Part shown: positions 38,101-49,700 of the stretch, in pieces
How the letters are laid out: each line of letters opens with the position of its first letter
How positions within the stretch are numbered: the first letter of the stretch is position 1
Source: Amoebophrya sp. A120
Lineage: Eukaryota; Protista; Dinoflagellata
Length of the DNA: 64,000 nt
Direction: 5' to 3'
Assembly: GCA_905178155.1 (NCBI GenBank)
Contig: CAJINV010000004.1
Span: 3,803,519 to 3,867,518, forward strand
The notes under the pieces: generated by a model
The model's database searches: none
Told to the model about the DNA's origin: nothing
Seen by the model: the letters and a program-made list of their open reading frames with translations, nothing else
Position numbers and translations under genes: made by a program

Positions 38101-40820
38101 AGTATGAGAAGACAGTTTTCGCTCTCCTCGGGGCGCTGCACAAGGCGCAATCCAGAACGGGCAGGTTTGAATCCTGGAAAATTGACGAAGCGGAGCAGCG
38201 CTACTATGGCAAAGCCGCCGTGCGCATCCAAAATGATTTGATGGAGCGGGTGTTTCAGCTCTGTTACAACTCCATAATGGTCGCAAACCTCGACGAGATC
38301 AGCAAAGGGCCGCAAGACGAGGAGCAACGATCCGAGACACGGCTTCTTATGGAAGAATGGCTCACCGAGCGCTTGAGATTCGTAATCAAGTTGTTTGAGC
38401 CATTGCCAGCATCCGGTGGGAAGGCCTTGTTGCAGCTCGACAAAGCGGATCTGGTCGAAGTTTATCCTCGGATATTTCGGGATGTACTGCGGCACTACGT
38501 CGTCCAAGGCTTCGAGAACCTGCTGGATAGCCAGCCAGACCTTACGAGCGCATGGAAGAAGCAGGGGGACGTTACGAGGCAGAGAAACTCGTATCTGCGT
38601 GCTGTGAAGAAAGTCTGGCAGGAGAAGATCAAGCCTGCGTTTGACCGGCTCGACGTCTGGCAGGCAGTGGAGGAGAAGGTCTTGCCTAAGTACCCGACGA
38701 CGAGGGAAGAAGCATTACGTGGCCAGGACGTGGTGCCCAGCCAAGCAGGGCAGCATTTGTTTAACCTGCGCAAACCGCTGCGCGAGTGGTACGAAATGAG
38801 CACGAAGTCGCGAAACAATGGGGGCTACGAGTTCCTGCAGCCTGTTAGTGCCGTTAACCTGGGACATAGCGAGCGCGGCATCATAGGTATGGACTGTGTT
38901 TTTCCTGGCTGGGCGGAGCAAAGTCTGCTGCCTGCGCTAAGAGGGTACGCGGAAAGCTTCGTCCTCCCGTACGTGACAGCGCTGCGGCACGTCAAGCCCG
39001 GCGTGATGAATGCCGACCACGAGGGCGGGTGGTACCTTTTGGGCCGACACGTGCAACCTGCGGCGGTCATGGTCGCGCACGGCCTAGGTCCTGACTGGTA
39101 TAAGATCGACGGCGAAGTTCTCCCGAACGTGGTCACGTTCCGCGTATCTTGGTATGTCCTCCTTGTCGAGGAAGCACTGTATGGAGCTTTCATGAAAACC
39201 AGGAACGCTGTTGAGTTTCCCGCTTCTGAGGTTGCCCTGTTCCAGCAACTGTATTTTTCCTACGTTATGCGGGCCATGTACCTCGTCGAAAGGACGTGGG
39301 CACAGCAAGATGCTGTGGAAGGGGCCGGCAGTCGCGGCCGCGGCGCGTCCTCCACTTCTACTTCTACCCCCGAAGTCAGCTTGGCGCGCGTCTTCGGTCA
39401 CGCGGCGCGCCTGCGCCGCGCGCTGGTGTTCTCTTTTTCTGAGGGAGTTCCGGCGGACTTCCAGGCCGGGCCGCTATTCAGTGCAAATGTGTAGTCTACT
39501 GGGTCCTCTGAGGGATTGCAAGACCATCTGCCATGCAGGAAGCTTCAAATGGGCGCCGCTGTGAAGCCCAGGAATGCGAGCCGTAGTATGTATGATCACA
39601 GGTTTTGATGTTGAGAAGACTCCGCAACCCCATGTTCGGGTTGTTCGCAAAGGAGGTGGTTTTATAATTCTCTGCTCACGCAGACGCTATATTTTTTGTG
39701 ACGCCCAGGCCCAGAAGACTAATAGCATGACAACCTCGCGCGCGGACTCTTCCACGCCCAGTAGAGATATATTTGCAATGCATAGCCGCCCGCATCGGCC
39801 CAATCAATGGAAGGCAGCCGGACCACCGGGAGCGACCTTGTGGGCGATGGCTCGCGCGATGTTTTTTTGCAGGACGAAGAAAGTTCGGGGAAGGCAGGAA
39901 TGCTCGCGACGCTTTCTTACTACATGGAGGGGGCAGGAACTACGCGCGGGGGCGGGCCGACAAGTCCGCAGCATTTTCAGAATGCCCTCACAGTGTGGAA
40001 CTCACTCCAGAGGCGGCGTGAAGATGGAAAGGTCCAAGTTACCCTCACGCCTCAAGCCCTCGAAGCGTTAGGATCTACTTATGTGCATGATTCCAGTGAC
40101 CACCTCCCGGGAGACCACGAGCATGGAAATGACATGAACATCGAAAGGATGGGATTCGCCTTGCAGATGTCCGCTGCTGAAGCGGAGGCTGCCGCTGCGG
40201 ACTTTGTCGCGATCTATCAGAAGTGGTCGGAGCTGTATTTGGTGGCCCTGCTGGGGGTGGGTGGCCCCTCGCCCGATGTTCCGATGCACCGGGGCGAGTT
40301 CGGGCTAGTCTTCTGGAGGTTTCTCACAAAAGTGGTGAGCGACAAGCTGCAGCAATCAAGGTCACCCGTGGCCGACGAGTTACGACGAGCGCTCAAAAAT
40401 GCCAGGGAGATAAAGGCGACCCTGCAGGAGTGGCAGGAGAACCAACAAGGGACCTCCACGTTCGTGGCGCGCTTCCGCGATGACCGGCCCTTCCTGTATG
40501 GTGTAACGGATAGCGCCGTGGCTCTGAGAGACGGCCTCCTGAAATTCATAGATGAGGTATTCTCGTACTTCTCGGGCGGAACAAATAAACCCCTCTGGCC
40601 GGATGCGTCCACGGTTTCAGATTTGGTGTGGTTCGATGAAGATTATCCCGAGCAAAAAGCCTACCTCTTGGAAGTGATCGAGAGGCATACAGCAAGCCAA
40701 GTAAAAAAAAACGCGAAGCAAGGGCGGAAAACCCGTGCAAAAAAGAGAAGAAGGCGGCCGGCAGCCAAGCAACAAAAGAAGAAGACAGGCGGACGGAACG
40801 GCGGAAATGGAAGGCGGTGA
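35136..40820 (+). CDS. ~1270-aa protein: N-terminal signal peptide, HicA-like toxin domain, coiled coil, large helical region, basic NLS-like C-terminus; segments 35136-35959, 37505-39474, 39790-40820
   Basis: MRVAATALLFFLVA; FGWTRHDITGSHHKFVKTGRSPIIVAVHDKQGIRSDVARNVLKNL; KTRAKKRRRRPAAKQQKKK. Removing the 1545-bp DR-flanked insert and introner 39475-39784 keeps the frame. Confidence 0.65.
36878..37080. mobile_element. Introner family B (left end rearranged)
   Basis: Family B right TIR; CCACG at both flanks. Confidence 0.65.
37130..37280. mobile_element. Introner family H
   Basis: TIR TATCCACAGTAAATTTCCCGT; DR TAGTG. Confidence 0.9.
37327..37440. mobile_element. Short introner (D-related)
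   Basis: TATCCACAGAAAAAAAC...GTTTTTTTCTTTGGATA; DR GTTCC/GTTCT. Confidence 0.8.
39475..39784. mobile_element. Divergent introner (family J)
   Basis: TATTCAGTGCAAAT..TCTACTGGG / CCCAGTAGA..ATTTGCAATGCATA; DR GCCGC; removal fuses the 701-aa and 337-aa ORFs in frame. Confidence 0.88.
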
Positions 40821-43726
40821 TGAAGGTAGCAGTGTATGTTTGGGAAGGAAGAACGAAAGGAAGCACGGAAAAGCCTCGCTGTTGTAATATGCTGTACTCC
40901 GCCTGCAGCAGCTGCGTGCTTATACAATATTTTGTCTTTACAAGAATTTGAACATACTTGCTACATGCGATTTTACTTAAGCTGACGCAAATTTTGTGTA
41001 TGTTCGAACCTTTCGTGTGTTTAGCTTAGCATCGGCCCGTGCGTAGAATTGCAAGCTAGCAAGCGTCTGTGCATCTGAACGCCAAAAATCGACTTTTACC
41101 TTTACGAAGAAGTAAAATACTTCTCCTGAAGGCGCAGGCCTATCAGCGCACTAGTAGTTTTAAGCAGAGACTCTAGTATAGCCTTTGCGCACCGTCGAAA
41201 GAACTCGGCCGCCAGCGCAAGGAGAAGCAGACTCTTGCAGGCGCTGCCCGAAAAAAGTGGCTTCGTCTTCTGCAAAATTTCAGCTTCGGAGCAGAAGACA
41301 CGCAAAGACAAACTTGCACTGTAGTGTGCGATCAGTTTTTTTGAAAGGTTTTCTGTGAAAGGTTTTTGTGAAAGGTTTTTTTTTTGGTAGGTTTGGTAGG
41401 TGTAAGCTCAACAAAAAATAAAGCTGAAGAGGTGTTTCAGTTACCTTGCTTTAAGTAGGAAAGGTTCCCCAGGATTCCCTCCGGTTCTGTTGTCTGCTGA
41501 AGAAAGGAAGAAATCTTGAACAAAACGCGAACTACACTTCTCATTTCATGGCCGATCCTGGAGCTGCGAGTGCGTGGCTTCAGTTTCGAGTCCGAGTTCG
41601 GAGGCAGATAGACGCCCTTCGCTCTTAGAGATGGTCTTAGAGTAGCTTTCATGTCCATTTCGTTTTTTCACCCGATCATGCGATGCTTCATCCAACAATC
41701 AAAATAATGTCAGACCGAGGAAGGGTGGCACGGGGCTTCGGTCACGTGTTGCCCTTCCTCACGCCAACCCGGGAAGAGGACAACCGCAGGGGCTGCTGAT
41801 GTTCAGCCACGAAAACCTGCACTGGGCGAAGTTGTGCCTGCTGCTGCCGCAGCAGGCTGGAAGCACGTACGTAGATACGCGCCTCAGTACGTCTGAAATA
41901 CCGAAGAAAACCTAGTTTACCGCCTGTTCACAGGCACCCTCGATCACACTAACTAACACGTACTGAGGCTAGGCTCGACCGGGTGAGTAGGTATGCCTTT
42001 GCAGGCTTAGAAACCGCCCAAGATCTCCCATATCGCCCCCTGTAGATCTAAAATTTTGTATACAACGAGGCGAAGACCATGGATTACGGTGGAGACCCAC
42101 GGCACTAGAGTATCTATGTATGACCCGGCGCGTGCAAGAGTTGATCAGAAGCAGGGGTAGTAGTGTAGTTTTTGCTGTTCAGTAGCTGAAGGGACCATAC
42201 AAACAGTAATAAGAGTCTAACAGAACCACAGACGCCGTGGTACGAGAACAAAGAAAGAGATCGGCCCTGTAAATCCAAAAAAAAAAATGTGTCTTTCCAT
42301 AAGTTCCAACTCTGCAGCGCGGGATTCAGGCATGCCCTAAAGTTAACAAGTGTAATCAGCACGGGTTTGGGGTTTTTACTTACATAGTGGCGTCGGTAGA
42401 AGAAAAAAATAATTTACAGATCATTTTTGTAAGCAACTTGTATATAGCTCAGGGTTTAGGGCAAAGGCGTGTTCTCACGTCAGAGAGGCGACCACACTGC
42501 TCCTTCCTAGTCGTGTGCCAGGCTGCGAACAGATGTAAACCCGCTCCTGTCTATCGAGGGATTGAGTAAGAGGCAACGCCAATCACCACCTATCTAAAGC
42601 TAAAAAGCTCGATCATTCCAAGTCCAAGTCCACTATCTCTATAACAACAACACCCTTTAGAAAGTTCGATGCCCTCTACTACACTCTAGTGCTTGCGTCG
42701 TGTCTCCCTCCGAGTCCGAAAGTCGTTAAGGCGTTTGTCACGCCTCGATGATGTAGTCGAGGCAAGTTGCTAATTCATCTGATGTTTGCCTTCATTGAAC
42801 GCAACAAAAGCAAAACGAAGTACTCAGCTAAGGTCCGAAAGATTCTGCGCAGATGACTACACGAAGAAGCGAGCTATTTGGACGATCGGAATCCGAACGC
42901 CAAGAAATTGAAACTCACTACAACGACGGTCGAGCTTCTTAATGATGACTTGCTTCGCGCCAAATGGAAAGCGCATAACATTTATATACTAATGCGTACA
43001 GGTCGTGACAGGAGGAATAACCAGCAGCAATTACAAAAGCGAAACAAAAAGGGCACGTCCCTACCTCTAGTGATTGATAGTAAGCAGCTCGCATGCATGT
43101 TCTCCGTCGTGTGGGTGCCGTTGTGATGTGTGAATCTGTCGTCTTCGTTTGCTTTAGTGAGCACAAAGCGTCTCGTCCGGAAGCCTAACAAGCACAGCTG
43201 CCACCGTATTTCTATTCTGTTGCTGGTATGTTGTGGTGTCGGTCATTTTGTGTTTCAGTTGGAGGGCATCTTCTCCCATGAGTGCGTACCCACAAGAACC
43301 TATGGAGTGCTGCTGCTTCTTCGAGCGACAGCGAGAAAACTACGAAAAACCAAATTTTACTCAAATCATGAGCGGCGCCTGGTGTGCAGCCCGTTTTTGT
43401 CTTTTTCGCTTTTGAGCACTGCGTGCAGATGTGTCCCTTGAGAGCGCTTAAGTACCTATACATAGATACAGACTTCTCTGGATAGAAGAAGTCCACGCCA
43501 AGCCAACTTGTTTGGGGTCTCCTGGTCCTTGAAAGAAGCTCATCCTCGTCTGAGATTATTAGAGCCACCTGGTGTCCTCGAGCGAAGAAAACAAGAACCG
43601 ATACGATTTTATTACTGCTGGGCGGATGAGTGCTGCTGCCCCTGCCGCTAAAGCGGGATCTGAACGGGGTCGCGGCGGTTTGCGTGGCGGCACCTGGGCT
43701 ACTGCGCGGTCTACCAAGTCGTTTTT

Positions 43727-44909
43727 CTATCCGTCCGCATTGAAGAAGGAGAAGGAGAGCCTCTTGCACTCCATCTTCCACCCAGGGGGAAGTACCAGCT
43801 CGGGCCGGGACTCCCGGTCGTCCAATCGGTCTTCCAGCTCGTTCCGCACGCAGCGGTCCACCTCTATTGAAAGGGAAAACCCCCCTCCCCATATCAGAAC
43901 GGAAATTTGTGATGCTGATTTGTAGTTACATACAAATCGTCTTTGTCTTGCCTATCGGGTAAAAATAGGAGCCATTTGGAGGATCATTCCAAAGCCAGTC
44001 TGTCATGCGCTTTCGACTACTGCAAACCTGTTTGCCATGCGTAACTGCTACCATCCTTCTGCATACCCAAACAGGCTCAGCAAATGCCGCCAAGCACTTT
44101 CTGCAAGAGAAATCTGATTTGTGTACGCAAATCCAGCAGCAGAAACTTCGTTTTGATATGAGGCGGTTGGATTTTTCCGCACAATAACCTCCAGTGCATA
44201 CCTGGAGGACCCGTCCGCCCTCCGCGGCCCGGTGGGCAGCACCAGCTCCTCCGGGAGGTCCTCTCGGGGCTCCTGGTTCAATAAATTTACCCGGTCCAAA
44301 AGCCTGACCTCCTCCCGTTCCTCGCGCAACAGCTTCGGGGACTTCTCCTTTGGCGGCAACGTATGAACTGCAAATATGTCTGCGTCTGGAAGAATGCAAA
44401 ACTTGTACTTGTCATGCACATTTTGCATGACCCATGCTGTCTGTGATGCATGCCCTAGCATTACAGACTCTTTGGCGGCTTTCTGATGCGTATACTGCAT
44501 GACTCTGCGTAGCACAAAGTCGGCTTCTCTTGCTGGTCATGCAACACATACTTTTTTAGAATCCGAAAACAGCATTAGATAGAAGTTGCATCCTTCCAGA
44601 CCCAGACATCTTTGCATTTGATACAGCGTGTCCAAGAACGAGGGTGGAGCACCAGGAGGTGCCTTCATTATGGTGTTCTCAACTGTTACATTCTCAAGTG
44701 TTACATGAACTTGTGATGCAAGAACTGGAAAAGTGCAAGGGGGAAGGTTGCACCTGTAGCATTACAAATTCCGCACAGATTTAGATGCGGTTTAGGTCTT
44801 CGCAAATTTGTCATGCGGAGCAGCTTGGTCGTGAGGATGATGATGGTGCTTTTGCATGACAAATCCGTGTAACAGTTGAGAATGTAGCAATTGAGAATCC
44901 CATATTCAT
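43727..44909 (-). CDS. Hypothetical ~115-aa protein with three introners (strand uncertain)
   Basis: Spliced minus frame MKAPPGAPPSFLDTLPPKEKSPKLLREEREEVRLLDRV...FFNADG; a plus-strand frame is also open. Confidence 0.35.
43865..44186. mobile_element. Introner family C
   Basis: DR ACCTC. Confidence 0.9.
44362..44623. mobile_element. Introner family A
   Basis: DR CAACG/CAGCG. Confidence 0.88.
44669..44904. mobile_element. Introner family G
   Basis: TIR TATGG..TTCTCAA.TG.TACA; DR TTCAT. Confidence 0.9.
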
Positions 44910-45093
44910 CCCGCCGCCTCTGTAAAAAGGAGCTCCTTCCCCCGCGGGGGAAGATAGAAAGGGACGACCGCAGTCGTAGTCGACGTTTCACATCATCAAC
45001 TATGGGTTGAATTATAGCGAAGTACAGAAAACAGACCGGATTTTTTTCAAGAAGAGCTTCGCTACATTATATTATAGAACGCTTTATAGAATA

Positions 45094-45698
45094 GGGAATA
45101 GGGAGAGATAGGGAGAGTAGGGAGATAGGGAGAGTCCCCCTAAAAGGGGGCAGCAAAAACAAAACCAAACTGATCGCAAACAGCATGGCACGGCCACGAC
45201 AACATCTTTCGAAATCTGGGGTGGAAATGCTTCCGAGTACCCCCCTCCTCGGCGGCTCCTCCCGGGGTCGGGGAGGCGCGGAACCTTCCCTGAGGGGATT
45301 TATCCTCTTGCGGGCCCGTAAGGCTCAGGTCTTGCTCCTCAGCTGGCGAAGGCGGAAAGGTAAAGTGGCCATTTCAAATTTCCTTCGATGAGGGAAAGTT
45401 GAAGTGGCCATTTCAAATTTTCCTCGATGGGGAAAGTTGAAATGGGCAACTCGATTTTCCTTCGATGAGGGAAAGTTGAAGTGGCCACTTCAAATTTCCT
45501 TCGATGATTCAACGGGCGCGCGGTGCTCGTTCGCCTTCGAATCGATGCAACGCGCGCGCGTGCATGAATGCGCGCGCGAAATTTTTTTTGGTTCTACGGC
45601 TTACCAAAACGGAGCATACCATCGCGATTCAAGGGGAATTAGGTTTACCACGGCTCTCCCTATTGACCTATTCTCCCTATTCCGCTCTCCCTATTCCC
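45094..45698. mobile_element. Non-autonomous TIR/foldback element with internal ~39-bp tandem repeats (45361-45505)
   Basis: GGGAATAGGGAGAG-type arrays on the left, inverted CTCTCCCTATTCCC arrays on the right; TTCGATGAGGGAAAGTTGAAGTGGCCA units. Confidence 0.65.
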
Positions 45699-46433
45699 TC
45701 GATTCACAACAGTCATATATATTATAACGAGGAAAACGAACCTGTACATAAGACCTCCACGCAAGGTGCTGGACTACATCAAAGCTACTACGATCACCAG
45801 CAGTCCATCCACGGTATTACAGGCCCAATTTCACGAAATTGGAAGACATAGAACACATCAATCGACGGATTTCTACGGCCTACCACCGAACCCGCAACAA
45901 GAAGCTGTGAATGAAACGACCAACAGCGGCGAAGGTGGAGTGATTGAAAATCGCAGTAGACCCAAACGGGCTCCTGCGGCAAAAAAATCTTTTCTGATGT
46001 ATTAAAAAGCTCGAACAAGAGCGAAGCCGAAGCCGAAACATCTTCGACTGTTGTAGAAAAAAGCGAGCACAACTTTTTCGAGGAACAATTTTCATCATCA
46101 ACATCCGGTCTTTTTTGATACAGACGACAAGTTTTAGTACGCCACGTTGGAGTTCGTCCGGACTTCTACAACTACACACGACATCTACTACTACACCAGC
46201 ATCAGCAACGCTGCGAGGACAAAATTTTTGTTGAATAGTTGTACCGATGAACTAGAAGAGGGGGAGCCAGGGGACACTTCCAGCAGCCAGTGGTATATTA
46301 AACACCACCACCTGGTCGTGCCACGGCCAGTTCCACGTACGGCGAACTTTTGAATACGGCACATCGTCTCCGATTCTTTTCCCCACCTCCGCTCCTGTAC
46401 GTTTCTCTAGAGTAAGGCTAAGGCTGCACAACA

Positions 46434-46695
46434 TATCAAATGCAAAAATGTCTGGGTCTGGAAGATTCTGGGATTTGTGATGCATATTTTGTATGAGGTA
46501 TGATGCATGTAATGCATGATCTAGCATCACAGATTTTTAGAGGGCTTTCTGATGCCCATCCTGCATGAGAAATGCCCTCTCCGCGTAACACAACCTGGGC
46601 TCCTATTGCTGGTCACGCAATCCAGATTTTTTGGGATTCCAAAGACAGCATGACAAGTTGCAATCTTCCAGACCCAGACATTTTTACATTTCATA
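46434..46695. mobile_element. Introner family A (apparently in 5' UTR)
   Basis: DR CAACA; upstream frame has stops before ATG 46713. Confidence 0.88.
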
Positions 46696-46712
46696 CAACA
46701 AGGTGCAGCACT

Positions 46713-49700
46713 ATGTCGGTCTCTGGCGCCTCCATGACCGACCACCACGATGGTGTGGGGTATCAAATGCAAAAATGTCTGGGTCTGGAAGATTTCGAGA
46801 TTTGTCATGCTAGTCTAGCATGACTCTGCACTCTGTATTGCGTGGCCACCAAGAGGTCCTCTTGCCTGTCATGTAAAAGCGCAGTTTGTCATGCGAAATA
46901 CGCAGCACAGAAACACGAAAAAACTTGTCATGCTTACCGGCGCATTACAGAGCACTTTATTGTTCACGGACTTGCGTCACAAGTTTCCAGACCCAGACAT
47001 TTTTACAGTTGATATGGGGGGCGGTTTAACGACGATCGTCGAGCTCGACTTCGCGATCCTCTCCGCGCTACTTGGTCCGGAGTGGCGCGAACAGCGGTTG
47101 CAGCACTTGGATTTCAGTGATCCGGCGTTCGCCCTGGAAACGCTGAAGATCAAGGAGCACGAGGAGGACAAGGCGTTTGCGCCCTTGCTGCGGTCCAAGG
47201 TGATTTCGATCGACCTCACGAAGAACAAGCTCACATCCCTGTTGCAGCTCCGCGGGGAATATCAAATGCAAAAATGTCTGGGTCTGGAAGATTGCGAGAC
47301 TTGTCATGCTGATCTGGCATGGCCCTTAAATCTGTATTGCGTGGCCACAAACAGCCTCTCTCGCCTGTCATGCAAAAACACAGTTTCTCATGCGGAAGAC
47401 GCAGCACAGAAGCACCAAAAAACTTGTCATGCTTGGCGGCGCATTACAGTGCATTTGCTATTGACTGTCTTGCATCACAAGTTTCCAGACCCAGACATTT
47501 TTGCATTTGATAGGGAAGATTTCCCGTCCTTGAAAATTTTCCGCTGCAAGTCGAACGAACTGCTCTCGGAGAACGTCCTACTCGCCCTGCCCCGGCTAAA
47601 GGAGCTGTATCTCGGGCGGAACCAACTGACATCCATCCCGGCGCTGGCCGGGCTGCCCAGTTTGGAGATCTTGATTCTGAATCACAACCGCATCCAAACC
47701 GAACTGTTCGGGAAGGATTTGGCCAAGGGCGGGAAGGAGTTGCGGAAAATCGATCTTCGGGGGAACCTATGCATTGCAAAAGTATCGTACTCGTACTGAT
47801 TGCGTTTATGCATTACAAATCTCTTTATCAAGGCAAATCCGCATTACAAATTCAATTTGTAATGCTAAGAGAATTTGTAATGCAATTTATACTAGTACGA
47901 TAGGATACAGATACTTTTGCACAGGATAGAACCAGATCGCCAACAACCCGAACAACTTTCTAAAGTCTCTGATCCGGTTAGCGTCTTTATCGAACCTGAA
48001 CATGTTCAAAATTGCGGAGAACCCATTCTGCGGCCTGTTCCCCGAGTACCAAGCGGTGCTGTATGGGTTTCTCTGCTCCGCGGGCATCAATTTGCGGCAG
48101 CTGGACCGCATTCAGGTCGCGGGAGAGAAGGACACGCACATGTTGGAGGTGTACGAGCAACTGGTTACCACGGTCTACATATTAAAAGGAAATATTAAAG
48201 TCCCCCCTCTCCATATAAAAACGAAACTTCTGATGGATTTGCGTACACAAATCAGATTTGTCTTGCAGTAGAGGACTGCAGGCATGCACTAAGCCTGAGG
48301 AGCGGCGAGGTTTTGACATTGGCGCCCAGCATGGCAAACGTTTACGCTGTTGTAGGACCAACAGCGTCACAAATCGCCCGCATAGTGCTATCTAATGCAG
48401 CGGAGCCATTGCCTCGGCCTTCTACTTCTTGCAAGACAGCCACGATGGCCACAAATCAGCATTGCAAATTTTCAGAGCCGTGTCATTGCGATATGGGGCG
48501 GGGGGATTTTCCCTCACGATACTACATCGAAGACAGCGCGTATGGAGAGAAAAAAGTTTGTCACAGTCACTAACTTGCAGGTTTTGCATTACAACTTTTC
48601 TCAGCATCACAACTTCTCCTTGTATTGCAGAAACACTAGGGAAATCCCTTATGAAGTGTGGCTGTGATGCATTTTGACGCATGACAGACAATTTTGTATT
48701 GCAAAAATGCCCATGAGTGATCGTGACGAACTTTTTTCTTTTGATAGCGCGACCATGAAGGAGTATTTGTTTGACGCGAAGCTGATATCCCCGAACTCCG
48801 GAAAATATCCTGTGCAAAAGTATCGTACTCGTATTGCAATCATGCATTACAAATTTTTTTCTCAAGGTAAATCCGCATTACAAATTTTATTTCTCATGCT
48901 GAGGAAATTTGTATATGCATTTATACGAATACGAAACTTTTGCAGTTCATAGAAAAGTCACTTTTGACACGGACCTTCCGAACTATCACGGTGTAGCAGG
49001 AGGGGGTGGTCTACTTCAAGACCCCCAACATGGCGTTCTCAACGAGGAGGTCCACGTCATGGCTGGGGATTTGTTACTGCTCGATGGCAAGCTCGCGGGC
49101 TCTATGCTGTGCAAAAGTATCGTACTCGTATAAATGTAGGTCTTGCATTACAAATTTCTTTGTCAAGGCAAATCAGCATCTTCATGCTGACAAAATTTGT
49201 AATGCATTTATACGAGTGCGATACTTTTGCAGTTCATAGGCTACAAACTGGAGACCTTCCTTCTCGCGAACCCGGCGAACGCGTTCCAGTACCCCTTGCC
49301 GGTGCGGTATCGCAAGGAAAAAACTGTGTATAGTGTAAATCTTCGATGCAGAAAATGCAAAACGCTTACACTTGTCATGCTGGAAGTGCGTCACAGGCTA
49401 CTACCATACGTGTTTCCACGTACTAGCTGCGCATGACAGGTTTTCCCTGTAATGCAAAACGAATTTGTGATGCTGCTCTTCCTACAAAGTTACACTTATA
49501 CAGTTTTTTTCTTGGATGTGCGGTTTCTGCAGCTCTCCCACCTGTCCACGCTTTTCGACGAGAGGTTGGACGCGAACATGCAGGGCAACAAAGTCAACAA
49601 ATTATTTGCGTCCTCCCGAAGTTCCCATAAACCTCGGCTTCGCGAGTCCAACGGGCAGCCGGACGAGGCCCCGAAATTGCCAATGTTGTCGCAATTGATA

